Origin: Gammaproteobacteria bacterium Psp_hYS2021
GTDB lineage: Bacteria; Pseudomonadota; Gammaproteobacteria; G963455285
Direction: 5' to 3'
Assembly: GCA_963455285.1 (NCBI GenBank)
Contig: OY734021.1
Span: 1,054,613 to 1,086,612 of the forward strand
DNA: 32,000 bases
The position numbers were made by a program, and so were the translations under genes. The notes under the pieces were generated by a model. The model ran no database searches. It had not been told where the DNA came from and was given only the letters and a program-made list of their open reading frames with translations. This document shows positions 14,687 through 26,368 of this stretch, piece by piece; within the stretch, counting starts at the first letter, position 1, and each line of letters opens with the position of its first letter.

Positions 14687-17395
14687 GTGTTATGGATAAT
14701 ATTTGGTATTTTAGGTATTTCATTGGCTTTGGCTCAATCTCAGCTGTTGAGTATAGAGGTTTCACAAATAATTATTTTCATTCTAGCAGTCCCCACACTT
14801 TTTTTATTATTTTTAAATAAGTTATCGTCTTTACGTATAAAAAAAAATTGTAAATGGTCTTTAAATAATTTTAAGCGATATTTACTTTATATATTTTTAT
14901 CAGCTTTTACATTTAGTATAAGCAATATATATTTTCAAAATCAAATTCTATCACAGCTTACAAATAGGTCAGCAAATGCATATGCTTTAGTGCAGTTAGA
15001 GGTTTTGGATATATCGCATAAATCATCTTTTAGTACTATAAAAGATGATAATAAATCTCTTAGTTTTAATGGAAAGGTTTTAGGTATAAAAGCTGTAGGA
15101 CATAAAAAGATCGAACCAAAAGATTTCTGGAATGAAGACTTAAATAAATTAGAAAAACTAAGACTAGCTTGGTACCCACCTACTCCTGAAATTAAAGAAG
15201 GTGATGTTTGGCAACTTAAGGTAAGATTAAAACCACCAAGAGGATATTTTAATGGCGTAGGATTTGATTATGAAAAATGGTTATTTCAAAAAGAAATAGG
15301 CGCAAGAGGGTATATTGTAAAATCTGATTTTAATAAAAAACTATATGAGAGCTCATTTAGCTTTTCGAAAATACGTGAGAATGTTTTAGAGAGACTACTA
15401 TCATCTTTAAGTAGTCCTCCTATAGATAATCAAAGTATAGATGATAATAACATTGATTATTATAATAAATCTCTTGCTTTAATAATTGCACTGATTACTG
15501 GAGAGAATCGTTTTTTTGATCAAAGCGATTGGAGTCTATTTTCTAGAACTGGAATTACACATTTAGTTATAATTTCAGGGTTTCATTTTACTTTAATTTT
15601 TGGAATCGTTTATTTTCTTTTTAAGTTTTTAATTTCACGCATAATTTACTATAAAAAAAAATTTGAGCTCTTTGTATTAAAAGACTATAAAGACTTAAAT
15701 TTTGCTAAAAATAAAATATATTCTTGGATACTAAAAATATTAAATTATGCAGAATTTTTGTCGTTTATAAAAAGTGATAAATTCATAGTATTTATAAGTT
15801 TAAATTTATTAATAATCTATGCTTTTTTTGTTGGTTTTTCTTTACCGACTCAAAGAGCGTTATTTATGATAATAATACTGATAATATGGTTTATTCTTAG
15901 ACGTAATCAACCTTTCCTATTTCATTTTTTACTAGCTTTAGCTGTAGTAGTTTTAATAGATATTCACTCATTATTTTCCAGTAGTCTTTGGCTATCTTTT
16001 GGTGCTACTTTTGTTATATGGCTTCATATACATACAAGAAAGAAATTAGTTAATCATACAAATAAATTAAATAATATTAAAATATTGAACAATGAAAATC
16101 TACGAACCAACCATTCGCATAACATCTATAATCAATTTCAAAAAATTTATCAGTACTCTGCTAAAGCTATTATAGAGCTTTTTATAATTCAGTTAAAAGT
16201 CTCTGTAATAGTGATACCCATAGTTGCATATTTTTTTGGTAAAGTTTCCCTTTTTTCCCCTTTTATAAATTTATTAGCAATACCTTTACTGGGTATAGTC
16301 ATAACGCCTATAGCACTTTTATCCTTTTTGTTATTTCTAATATTCGAGCCTATTGGAGTAGTACTCTTAAAATCAATAATTTATATAACTGAATTTTTAT
16401 ATCAATCTCTATATTGGATAGATACATTTAGCGTTGTGTGGAGTGTGGATATATCTTTATCAGTTACATTTATAACTATTTTAATAGGTTTAGTGTTATC
16501 GTTTAATTTATTTCCATACAGATTATTTTTACTATTTTTATATATACCAGTCCTTTATAGTTACTACAGCTTTAGCAATAACATTAAAGAAGGTGAATTT
16601 ATTTTAAGTGTAATAGATGTAGGTCAAGCCAATGCTACTTTGGTACAGACACAAAATAATAATTATCTTATAGATACTGCTGCCACAAATAACTTCAATA
16701 ATATATTAGAGTCTATGGCTGTAGATAAAATCGATGCTATATTTATATCCAGTTATGATAGTGATCACAGTGGAGGATTATACAACATTCTTGCAAGTAT
16801 AGAAGTAGATGAGTTATTTATAAATAAAGAAAAAAGATATGTAGATTTTGAAGACAAATTAAATGACTTAGAAAAAAAACAAACAGTAAAGATAAATACT
16901 TGTACAAGAGGTAAATCCATAATTTCAAATGGAGTTATATTAGAAATTGTTCACCCGAGTAATAATTTTCTTAAGCAAAAGAATAAACACAATAATTATT
17001 CGTGTGTAATAAGAGTACAAGGTTATGGCGGTTCAGCTTTAATACCAGCTGATATAGAAAGACAAGCAGAAGAGTATATTTTAAATAATGTAGATAATCA
17101 CAAAATAAAAAGCGATATCTTAATTATCCCTCATCATGGCAGTAAGAGCTCTTCAAGTATTGATTTTATAAATTCTGTTTCTCCATCTATAGGTATTGTT
17201 TCGTCCGCATACTTAAATAGATATGGACATCCGCATAGAGAAATAATAGAACGTTATGAATCAAATAATATAAAAATATATAGGACAGACTATGTGGGAG
17301 GGATAAGTGTATTTTTTAGAAAGGATAAAATAGATATAAAAAGCTCCAGAGAAGAAAACTCAAGGTTTTGGAATCACAATATAGAAATGATGTAG
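14687..17395 (+). CDS. comEC: DNA internalization competence protein ComEC/Rec2
   Basis: 902 aa with a GTG start. N-terminal TM plus OB-like region, then a polytopic competence domain (FSRTGITHLVIISGFHFTLIFG). C-terminal metallo-beta-lactamase domain: VIDVGQANATLVQ, SSYDSDHSGG, IPHHGSKSSS, GHPH. Confidence 0.88.
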   Translation: MLWIIFGILGISLALAQSQLLSIEVSQIIIFILAVPTLFLLFLNKLSSLRIKKNCKWSLNNFKRYLLYIFLSAFTFSISNIYFQNQILSQLTNRSANAYALVQLEVLDISHKSSFSTIKDDNKSLSFNGKVLGIKAVGHKKIEPKDFWNEDLNKLEKLRLAWYPPTPEIKEGDVWQLKVRLKPPRGYFNGVGFDYEKWLFQKEIGARGYIVKSDFNKKLYESSFSFSKIRENVLERLLSSLSSPPIDNQSIDDNNIDYYNKSLALIIALITGENRFFDQSDWSLFSRTGITHLVIISGFHFTLIFGIVYFLFKFLISRIIYYKKKFELFVLKDYKDLNFAKNKIYSWILKILNYAEFLSFIKSDKFIVFISLNLLIIYAFFVGFSLPTQRALFMIIILIIWFILRRNQPFLFHFLLALAVVVLIDIHSLFSSSLWLSFGATFVIWLHIHTRKKLVNHTNKLNNIKILNNENLRTNHSHNIYNQFQKIYQYSAKAIIELFIIQLKVSVIVIPIVAYFFGKVSLFSPFINLLAIPLLGIVITPIALLSFLLFLIFEPIGVVLLKSIIYITEFLYQSLYWIDTFSVVWSVDISLSVTFITILIGLVLSFNLFPYRLFLLFLYIPVLYSYYSFSNNIKEGEFILSVIDVGQANATLVQTQNNNYLIDTAATNNFNNILESMAVDKIDAIFISSYDSDHSGGLYNILASIEVDELFINKEKRYVDFEDKLNDLEKKQTVKINTCTRGKSIISNGVILEIVHPSNNFLKQKNKHNNYSCVIRVQGYGGSALIPADIERQAEEYILNNVDNHKIKSDILIIPHHGSKSSSSIDFINSVSPSIGIVSSAYLNRYGHPHREIIERYESNNIKIYRTDYVGGISVFFRKDKIDIKSSREENSRFWNHNIEMM

Positions 17396-17448
17396 TTTTT
17401 TAGGTGAAAGCCAGAATAAATTAAGTCTGATAGTTATTATGGTAAATA

Positions 17449-17476
17449 GCATGTATAAATGGATATTTATACATGC
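17449..17476. terminator. Perfect hairpin between convergent comEC and ilvC (possible bidirectional terminator)
   Basis: gcatgtataaat (17449-17460), ggat loop, atttatacatgc (17465-17476): a 12-bp perfect stem. The flanking U-tracts are weak, so terminator function is inferred from position only. Confidence 0.5.
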
Positions 17477-17510
17477 ATAAGTTTAAGTGCAAAATGTTTA
17501 ATTTTAATGC

Positions 17511-18545
<1,035 letters not shown>

Positions 18546-19296
18546 TTAATTTTTTTTGTTTGCTAATAATGATAAATAATGATAAAACTAATTCCTAAAA
18601 AGATTATGTATATTACCTATTACATAATCGATTTGACAAATTTTTAAGTCAAGTATCACGTATTCTTACAGTTTAAGATCACTATATACTAATAAATACT
18701 TTATAGTGTTTAGCTATATTTACAGTTGCTAGTATAACATTTTTTATTAAAGTTAGGGCTACAGTTTATTTTTTAATATAATTAAATAAATATAATTTTA
18801 AGTATAAATTTTGGTAAAATTAATTAGAGTTATTACTTAATACGCAGGTACATAAAGTTTAAATATCTATTATATGGTACCTAATTAAACAATATATATT
18901 AGTCATTAGGTAAGAATAAGTATGAAAATCTAAATTATAATTAAAATTAAAGATACTGTTAATTTTAGTGTTGATTAGATGCAATTATTGTATTTAATGC
19001 ATGATTTGTGTATTATTATATATACTGAAACTAAAAATAACTTAGGATTTTATGAGTTAATTATTAGTTTGACTTTATAAATAGAGTTTGTAAAATAATT
19101 GTTATTTTGGAGTGAAAAACTCTAAAAGAATTTTATGCTCTGTTGGATTATAAGTTAAAATCATTAGTATAAATTAATAACTATGAGTTAGTTTAATCTT
19201 TTTGTTCAGATTATTAGTTAATGAAATTTTTGTCTAATTTTAAGTTTTTTAATAAATACTAGGCTTTATTTAAGGTAAAGCCAGGGTGGTAATGCT

Positions 19297-19644
19297 ATGA
19301 ATGATTGTATTTTTTGTAAAATAGTAAATAAAGAGATCTCTTCTAATATTATATTTGAAGATTCAAAAGTATTGGCTTTTAAGGATATAAAGCCAGCTAC
19401 TAAGATACATTATTTGATAATACCTAAAGAACATATTTCGACTATTAATGACTTACAAAAAGATAATCAAGATTTTGATAGTGATATTTGGAGTCATATG
19501 ACTAAAACGTGTTTAGATATAGCGAAAAATGAGAATTTTGCTGACTTTGGTTATAAATTGCAAGTCAATTGTAATCCAGGCGGTGGGCAGGAAGTGTATC
19601 ACATACATATACACTTACTATCTGAATATTCAGCTTTAAATTAA
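19297..19644 (+). CDS. HIT-family (HinT-like) nucleotide hydrolase
   Basis: 115 aa. N-terminal CIFCKI and the histidine-triad motif VYHIHIHLL. Confidence 0.85.
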   Translation: MNDCIFCKIVNKEISSNIIFEDSKVLAFKDIKPATKIHYLIIPKEHISTINDLQKDNQDFDSDIWSHMTKTCLDIAKNENFADFGYKLQVNCNPGGGQEVYHIHIHLLSEYSALN

Positions 19645-19681
19645 ACAATTAATTAAACAATTATAGATAATAAATTATAAA

Positions 19682-20542
19682 TTGAAAAATCATAACCTAT
19701 CGCAGATCAATTTTATGTTCAGAACAGGCTTTGCTACAGATATGGGTAATTACAAATCTGTAAATGAAGATACTCTATTATGTGATTATGATAGAGGTTT
19801 ATTTTTGGTTTGTGATGGAATGGGTGGTTATGAAGGTGGCAGTGTTGCAAGTACTATAGTTACAGATGTTATTTCTGAAGAACTCACTAACGGCAAAACA
19901 CTGGTAGATGCTATTCATTTGGCAAATAATAAAGTGATAGAGGCTGCAGAGAAAGGTTTAGGCTCTAGCAGTATGGGCTCCACTGCTGTTTGTATAAACT
20001 TAAATGAGTTTGGATTTTTTGACTTAGCATGGGTAGGTGATAGTAGGGCTTACTATATAACAAAAGATGACATGATTATGTTAACAGAAGACCATACCTT
20101 TGTAGGTTTACTGTTACGGGAAGGATATATAAAAGAATCTGAAGTATATGACCATCCTTATAAGCATATATTGTTACAAGCAGTAGGTGGAGGTAAAAAA
20201 GAAATATATGTGAGCCATGGTATTGGTAAATTAGAGAAAGACGCTACCATATTACTTTGCTGTGATGGACTTACTAATGAAATATCAGATGATGAAATTC
20301 ACAAAATAATCATAGAGGCTGAAACCTTGCAAGAAGCAGCAGATAAGTTAGTCAATACAGCTGTAGACTATGGAGGCAGAGATAATATAACTGCTGTTTT
20401 ATTTTCTATGGATATAGATGAGGCAGATAGTAATAAAAATGCTAAAACGCAAGCATCGGTTGCTATAGATGAGGATAATTATGATGAATCAGACATACTC
20501 TCAAAAACTAATATTTCAAAGTCTGTAAATAATAATAACTAA
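19682..20542 (+). CDS. PP2C-family Ser/Thr protein phosphatase
   Basis: PPM motifs are all present: GFATDMGNYKSVNEDT, LVCDGMGG, WVGDSRAY, CCDGLTN, GGRDNITAV. The track start is TTG at 19682. The ATG at 19715 (MFRTGFATDMG) is the more likely start. Confidence 0.88.
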   Translation: MKNHNLSQINFMFRTGFATDMGNYKSVNEDTLLCDYDRGLFLVCDGMGGYEGGSVASTIVTDVISEELTNGKTLVDAIHLANNKVIEAAEKGLGSSSMGSTAVCINLNEFGFFDLAWVGDSRAYYITKDDMIMLTEDHTFVGLLLREGYIKESEVYDHPYKHILLQAVGGGKKEIYVSHGIGKLEKDATILLCCDGLTNEISDDEIHKIIIEAETLQEAADKLVNTAVDYGGRDNITAVLFSMDIDEADSNKNAKTQASVAIDEDNYDESDILSKTNISKSVNNNN

Positions 20543-20563
20543 TAGTTTATTGATTTAATTATT

Positions 20564-23194
20564 ATGCCTATTATAACTAAGCGTAATGAGGTCCCAGGTT
20601 ATTTAGTCCAGCGCCTGATAGGTCGAGGTGGTATGGCTGAGGTATACTTAGCCAAAGATGTAAAGACTGAAGAGGAATTTGCATTAAAAATAATGTCTGG
20701 CAATATTATAAATGACCCACATTTTAAAATTCGTATAACTAAAGAAATACAGGTTTTAGAAAATTTATCTCATAATAATATTGTAAAATTTTTTGGTTTT
20801 GGCCAGGAAAAAAGCTTTTTTATGTATATGGTTTTAGAGTATATACAGGGACCAGATCTAAAAAAGAGAATTTTATCAGGAAATGTAGATATAAATAGAA
20901 TTATCCGCTGGTTAAACGAAATAGCTGATGGGTTAGACTATGCTCACAGTATAGGTTATGTTCATCGAGATATAAAGCCTGAGAATATATTATTACGCAA
21001 AAATGACAGTGCGGTTATAACAGACTTTGGTATAGCAAAAGCTATGAATTCATCTACTAAAGTGACAGGCACTGGAATGTCTATAGGTACTCCATATTAT
21101 ATGAGTCCTGAGCAGGCTAGAGGGCAAAAATTAGACTATAGAACTGATATATATTCCTTAGGCATAATGATGTACGAAATGTTGGTAGGGCAGGTTCCAT
21201 TCGGAGGAGCTGATTCTATATCAATAGGAATAATGCATATTAGCAAACCTATACCTAAATTGCCTTCCAAATTTGTCTACTGGGAGCCATTATTGAATAA
21301 GTTAACTGCTAAAAAAAGAGAAGACAGATATGATAACCTAAAGTTATTTATAAATGATTTAAAAGAGCTCGAAGCCAGTGGAAAAGCTATTATTTCTGAT
21401 GAAGAAGTAGAAAAAACAAAATCGCTTTTATCAGCACCGCCTGCTACTTCTGCATCGCAACCGCAACAACAATTTAATATTGAACAAAATAGTACCTCCT
21501 CTAGTATTGATTCTAGTCTTGTTGATGAGCAACCATTACCATCTTCAACATCATCTAAAGGGCGTACATCTTCTAGACGATCTTATGTGAGCCAAAATAC
21601 AAGAATTAGGAAAACAAGTAGATTAACACCTATAATTGTATGGACTGTTATGGTATTGGGTCTTGTAGGACTTTCTTATATAGGTTATATTTTATTCTCT
21701 CAGTCATTAGAGCATACAGCAGATACAAGGAGTAGTTTATTATCTGATGCAAGAGAACAAGTAGATTCAGGGAATTATTTTGAACCAAGCAATAATAATG
21801 CTATGAATACCATATCTGGAGTTTTATTAAATGAACCGTCGAGCTCTTTAGCTTGGGGATTGTTAGATAATATGATAAGTGATTATGATGATATAACAAA
21901 TAGTGAGATTCAAAGAGTTCTAATATTCTTACGTGCTAATGGCAATATAAATAATGTCTCTAATACTTATACTTCTAATATATTCGATACGCTAATACAA
22001 AGAAAAATATCTCAAGGTCAATTAGTTACACCTACCACATCTAGTGCTGTTTATTTAGTAACTCAAGCAAGGGAAATATTACCTAATAATACAGCTGTAA
22101 ATCAGTTATACAATAATGTTTTATCGCAAGTAAGACAAAATGCTCAAAATATAGCTAGTCAAGGTAACACCCAAGGTGCAGTTGATTTTCTTTCTAATGC
22201 ACAAAGCTCAGGTGATAATACATTAGCGACAGCTAACCAAATAAATCAGTTAAGAGCTTCACTAGTAGCTAATACTACTACATCACCACCTCCCCAGCAG
22301 ACTGTAACAAATATAAATAATAGTAATAATACAAACTCATCATTAACATCAAGATTACAAGCTCCTACTTCGTCATCACCTTCTTCATCTAGAAAATCGT
22401 TGGTTTCTCCTTCAGGAGGAAGCAATACTTTAGCACAAAGATCAGCAACAACACCTTCATCTAATGTGCCTACTTCTGAAATAGAAAGAGTTGTAAACCA
22501 AATAATTCAGGAAATGCAATATATAAGAGGAGGGACATTTAAAATGGGCAATCAATCAGGTAATGTGGACTATGGTGAAGAGTTGCCTGTTATAGATGTA
22601 ACAGTTGGTAATTTTTACATAAGTAGATTTACGATTACTTTTGAGGAGTATGATGTTTTTGCAAGAGCTACAGGAAGACCTTTACCAAGTGATGCTGGTT
22701 GGGGTAGGGGTAGACGACCGGCGATAAATATAAGCTGGAATGATGCTCAGGATTTCACACGATGGCTTACAAGTGTTACTAATATAACTTTTAGGTTACC
22801 TACAGAATCTGAATGGGAATATGCATCTAGAGCTGGTTCTGATGAAGTTTATACATGGGGAACAACTTTCGTTGATGGATTTTCAAACTGTTCTGATTGT
22901 AATACGCCTTACTCCAATCAAACAGCTCCAGTGGGTAGCTTTAAACCAAATAGGTGGGGGTTATACGATATGCATGGTAATGTGTGGCAGTGGGTCCAAG
23001 ACTGTTGGCAAGGAAATTTAAGTTCTGTTCCTAGAAATGGCTCTGCTGCAAATGTTCCTGATTGTAAAGAGCGAGTTTTGAGGGGAGGGTCTTGGTATAA
23101 TCCTTCGGATTCTTTGAGAGCTTCTAGAAGAGATAGATCACCACCAAGTTCTAGATCTAATTATGATGGATTTAGAGTAGTTATGATTACATAA
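20564..23194 (+). CDS. Transmembrane Hanks-type Ser/Thr protein kinase with C-terminal FGE/SUMF1-like (formylglycine-generating-enzyme fold) domain
   Basis: Kinase domain, about aa 13-268: GRGGMAEVY, ALKIM, HRDIKPENILL, DFGIAKA, GTPYYMSPEQ. A basic stretch RRSYVSQNTRIRKTSR precedes one TM helix LTPIIVWTVMVLGLVGLSYIGYILF (aa 354-378, nt about 21623-21697). Next come about 190 aa of helical-repeat-like sequence and then an S/T/P/N-rich linker. FGE-like domain, about aa 651-874 (nt about 22514-23185): GGTFKMG, WNDAQDF, RLPTESEWEYA, GLYDMHGNVWQWVQD, RVLRGGSW, GFRVV. Confidence 0.88.
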   Translation: MPIITKRNEVPGYLVQRLIGRGGMAEVYLAKDVKTEEEFALKIMSGNIINDPHFKIRITKEIQVLENLSHNNIVKFFGFGQEKSFFMYMVLEYIQGPDLKKRILSGNVDINRIIRWLNEIADGLDYAHSIGYVHRDIKPENILLRKNDSAVITDFGIAKAMNSSTKVTGTGMSIGTPYYMSPEQARGQKLDYRTDIYSLGIMMYEMLVGQVPFGGADSISIGIMHISKPIPKLPSKFVYWEPLLNKLTAKKREDRYDNLKLFINDLKELEASGKAIISDEEVEKTKSLLSAPPATSASQPQQQFNIEQNSTSSSIDSSLVDEQPLPSSTSSKGRTSSRRSYVSQNTRIRKTSRLTPIIVWTVMVLGLVGLSYIGYILFSQSLEHTADTRSSLLSDAREQVDSGNYFEPSNNNAMNTISGVLLNEPSSSLAWGLLDNMISDYDDITNSEIQRVLIFLRANGNINNVSNTYTSNIFDTLIQRKISQGQLVTPTTSSAVYLVTQAREILPNNTAVNQLYNNVLSQVRQNAQNIASQGNTQGAVDFLSNAQSSGDNTLATANQINQLRASLVANTTTSPPPQQTVTNINNSNNTNSSLTSRLQAPTSSSPSSSRKSLVSPSGGSNTLAQRSATTPSSNVPTSEIERVVNQIIQEMQYIRGGTFKMGNQSGNVDYGEELPVIDVTVGNFYISRFTITFEEYDVFARATGRPLPSDAGWGRGRRPAINISWNDAQDFTRWLTSVTNITFRLPTESEWEYASRAGSDEVYTWGTTFVDGFSNCSDCNTPYSNQTAPVGSFKPNRWGLYDMHGNVWQWVQDCWQGNLSSVPRNGSAANVPDCKERVLRGGSWYNPSDSLRASRRDRSPPSSRSNYDGFRVVMIT

Positions 23195-23254
23195 AATATA
23201 AAAAAATTAAAAACTTAGATAAATAAATTATTATTTGATAATTTGGAGGGATAA

Positions 23255-23731
23255 ATGCAACGTTTTCCTATGACGATTAATGGAGAAAAGTTATTAAGAA
23301 AAGAATTGGAATTCTTAAAAAAGGTAGAACGGCATAGAATTTCTGATATAATCGCATCATCAAGAGAAATAGGCGATCTTAAAGAAAACGCAGAGTATCA
23401 TTCGGCTAAAGAGCAGCAGTCTTTTATAGAAGGTCGCATTAGTGATATAGAAAATAAACTTTCTAATTCGCAAGTTATAGATGTAAAAAATATACCTCAA
23501 GATAATAGGGTAGTTTTTTCTTCTACTGTTGTTCTTATGGATATTAGGAACAATGTTGAAAAAAAACTAAATATAGTTGGTGAAGACGAAGCTGACTTAA
23601 AAAAATCTAAAATATCTATAAATTCTCCTATTGCAAGAGGTCTTATAGGTAAACATATAGATGAAATAGTTGTGATTAATACACCTTCAGGAGAGGTAGA
23701 GTATAAAATAATGGAAGTTTTATATATTTAA
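23255..23731 (+). CDS. greA: Transcription elongation factor GreA
   Basis: 158 aa. DLKENAEYHSAKEQQSFIEGRI coiled-coil signature and SPIARGLIGK in the C-terminal domain. A strong SD (ggaggg) lies 5 nt upstream. Confidence 0.92.
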   Translation: MQRFPMTINGEKLLRKELEFLKKVERHRISDIIASSREIGDLKENAEYHSAKEQQSFIEGRISDIENKLSNSQVIDVKNIPQDNRVVFSSTVVLMDIRNNVEKKLNIVGEDEADLKKSKISINSPIARGLIGKHIDEIVVINTPSGEVEYKIMEVLYI

Positions 23732-23746
23732 GGGCATAATAGTTAT

Positions 23747-24202
23747 ATGAGTTATATGAAAAAAGTTCTTTTAATTAACGGGCCAAACTTAAATTTATTA
23801 GGTAAAAGGGAGCCTCATATATATGGGACTGAGACTATTAGCGATGTGGTAGATGACCTAAAAGTACAAGCACATAAATGGAATATAGAATTAACTGATT
23901 TTCAATCTAATTCAGAATCAGAAATCATTGATAAAATCCATTCTGTTTTAGATAACAAAGTGGATTATATAGTTATTAACGCAGGTGCTTTTACCCATAC
24001 AAGCATTGCTATTAGGGATGCTCTGGCGGCTGTTAAAATCAAATTTATAGAAGTTCATCTTTCTAATACTAAGGCTAGAGAAACCTTTCGCAAACACTCT
24101 TATTTAACAGATATAGCATCAGGTGTTATTGAAGGTTTTGGGAAAAACAGTTATTATTTGGCCTTATACAGTATTTTTATAAATAGCGATGATAAAGAAT
24201 AG
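23747..24202 (+). CDS. aroQ: Type II 3-dehydroquinate dehydratase
   Basis: [37 protein letters not shown] and EVHLSNT motifs. The start may instead be the ATG at 23756 ([11 protein letters not shown]). Confidence 0.92.
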   Translation: MSYMKKVLLINGPNLNLLGKREPHIYGTETISDVVDDLKVQAHKWNIELTDFQSNSESEIIDKIHSVLDNKVDYIVINAGAFTHTSIAIRDALAAVKIKFIEVHLSNTKARETFRKHSYLTDIASGVIEGFGKNSYYLALYSIFINSDDKE

Positions 24203-24263
24203 TAAATACATTGTATTTATATTATTTATAAATTGTAATAAACAATATAAAGAAGGTTAAAAA

Positions 24264-24707
24264 ATGAAAATAGAAGATATAAAACAGATAATCGATATAG
24301 TTGAAAACTCCAAAATTACAGAATTTAGGTACAAAACTTCAAATGGAGAAAGCATATTTCTCTCAAAATCTCAAAAAATAGGAATAGCTACAACCGAAGA
24401 ACAAATTAATACAGCTAGTACTACACCTCAACATACAATAAATATTCCTACAAAAATAGAAACAGAAGAACCTAAAAATACTATAAATGCACCTATAATA
24501 GGAACTTTTTATGTGGCCCCATCTCCTGATGCAAAACCTTTCGCAACTGAAGGCCAGCAAGTAAAAGAAGGAGATATAATAGGTATAATAGAGGCTATGA
24601 AAATCATGAATCAAATTCGTTCGGATAAATCTGGAAAAGTTAAATTTATAATTGCAAAGAATGGTCAGCCTGTAGAATATGATCAACCACTAATTGAGCT
24701 AGAGTAG
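24264..24707 (+). CDS. accB: Acetyl-CoA carboxylase biotin carboxyl carrier protein
   Basis: 147 aa. P/T/E-rich linker and the biotinylation motif IIEAMKIMNQI near the C-terminus. It sits in the conserved aroQ-accB-accC order. Confidence 0.92.
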   Translation: MKIEDIKQIIDIVENSKITEFRYKTSNGESIFLSKSQKIGIATTEEQINTASTTPQHTINIPTKIETEEPKNTINAPIIGTFYVAPSPDAKPFATEGQQVKEGDIIGIIEAMKIMNQIRSDKSGKVKFIIAKNGQPVEYDQPLIELE

Positions 24708-24773
24708 ATAGAATATTTTGATATTTATTTTTATACATAACATACTACTAAATATATTTTATAAAAGCCTTAT

Positions 24774-26126
24774 ATGATAAATAAAATTCTAATTGCCAAT
24801 CGTGGTGAAATAGCCCTTAGAGTTTTAAGGGCGTGTAGAGAACTAGGAATTAAGACAGTTGCTGTACATTCGCCAGCTGACAGAAACTTAAAGCATGTAT
24901 TATTAAGTGATGAAGCTATATGTATTGGACCTAATGATTCTAATAAAAGCTATCTTAGCATACCACTTATTATAAGTGCTTGTGGTATGACTAATGCTGA
25001 TGCTGTTCATCCTGGTTATGGTTTTTTAGCTGAAAATGAAGACTTTGCCGAACAACTAGAGCAAAGCGGATTTACTTTCATAGGACCTCCTGCTAGTGTG
25101 ATAGCAACTATGGGTAATAAAATAGAAGCTAAAAAAACTATGGGAAAATATGGAGTTCCAACAGTTCCTGGCTCAGAAAGTGCTTTACCTGAAGATGAAA
25201 ATGAAATAAAAGCTATAGCAAATAAAATAGGATACCCAGTATTGATTAAAGCAGCTTCTGGTGGTGGTGGTAGAGGAATGGCAATCGTGCAGGAAGAAGA
25301 AGATCTTATTCAAGCTATTCAAATGACTAAAAGTGAAGCTAGAGTCGCTTTTGGAGATGATAATGTTTACATGGAAAAATATCTAGAAAACCCGCGCCAT
25401 ATAGAAGTACAAATTTTAGCTGATAAGCATGGTAATGTTATTCATCTAGGAGAGAGAGACTGTTCAATGCAACGTCGTCACCAAAAAGTTATAGAAGAAT
25501 CTCCAGCTGTGAATATAGATGAGCAAAGTAAAAAAGAAGTTTTGGAAGTTTGTGTTGAAGCTTCGAGAAAACTTAAGTATGTAGGTGCAGGTACTTTTGA
25601 ATTTCTTTATGAAAAAGGGAAATTCTACTTTATAGAGATGAATACACGTATTCAAGTAGAACACCCAGTAACTGAAATGGTCACAGGTATAGATATAGTT
25701 AAAGAGATGTTACGAATTGCTAATGGTGAAAAACTAAAATATAAACAAAATGACGTTTATTTCAGAGGTCATGCCATAGAGTGCCGTATCAACGCAGAAG
25801 ACCCTGATACTTTTACTGCATCGCCTGGTAAAATTGATTTCTTGCATTTCCCTGGAGGAAATGGTATTCGTGTTGATTCACATATATATGATGGGTATAT
25901 AGTTCCTCCATATTATGACTCTCTTATTGCTAAATTAATTGCGCATAGCACCACTCGAAATAGTGCTATTAGCAAAATGAGCCATGCATTAGATGAAATT
26001 TTAATTAGTGGAATTAAAACAAATGTTCCTCTACACAAATCGTTGATATTAGACAATGTCTTTAAAGAATCTAATTATAACATTCACTATTTAACACAAA
26101 AACTCAAAAACAAGTTAGAGCAATAA
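24774..26126 (+). CDS. accC: Acetyl-CoA carboxylase biotin carboxylase subunit
   Basis: 450 aa. [22 protein letters not shown], the [10 protein letters not shown] motif, glycine loop [25 protein letters not shown]. Confidence 0.95.
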   Translation: MINKILIANRGEIALRVLRACRELGIKTVAVHSPADRNLKHVLLSDEAICIGPNDSNKSYLSIPLIISACGMTNADAVHPGYGFLAENEDFAEQLEQSGFTFIGPPASVIATMGNKIEAKKTMGKYGVPTVPGSESALPEDENEIKAIANKIGYPVLIKAASGGGGRGMAIVQEEEDLIQAIQMTKSEARVAFGDDNVYMEKYLENPRHIEVQILADKHGNVIHLGERDCSMQRRHQKVIEESPAVNIDEQSKKEVLEVCVEASRKLKYVGAGTFEFLYEKGKFYFIEMNTRIQVEHPVTEMVTGIDIVKEMLRIANGEKLKYKQNDVYFRGHAIECRINAEDPDTFTASPGKIDFLHFPGGNGIRVDSHIYDGYIVPPYYDSLIAKLIAHSTTRNSAISKMSHALDEILISGIKTNVPLHKSLILDNVFKESNYNIHYLTQKLKNKLEQ

Positions 26127-26145
26127 GTTATTTTAATAATTCATA

Positions 26146-26178
26146 TAAAAAAGGCGAACTTAAGTTTCGCCTTTTTTA
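26146..26178 (+). terminator. Rho-independent terminator after accC
   Basis: aaggcgaa (26151-26158) pairs with ttcgcctt (26166-26173) around a 7-nt loop. The stem runs straight into a T-tract (cttttttatt), 20-50 nt after the accC stop. Confidence 0.8.
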
Positions 26179-26368
26179 TTAACTAAATCTTAATTTTTAA
26201 GATATAAGGGTAGTATATACTTATTTATAAAATAATAATATATTGTAAAAGAAAATATTTCATAAATAAATTATTATGATAAACTAATTAATTTTATAGG
26301 CATATGCAGGTAAATTTTTAAAAGTAAAAATATTTTATTCAATCTAATTTATATTTTGAGCATTATTC

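Noticed and set aside
22821-23021. 66-aa + strand ORF overlapping the kinase gene in another frame
   Set aside because: It is embedded in the well-supported FGE-like domain coding frame and has no independent signals.
26179-26368. Possible thr-operon leader peptide or attenuator upstream of thrA
   Set aside because: I read all three + frames and found no Thr/Ile-rich mini-ORF and no alternative GC-containing hairpins. Only M-I-N-stop type trivial ORFs are present.
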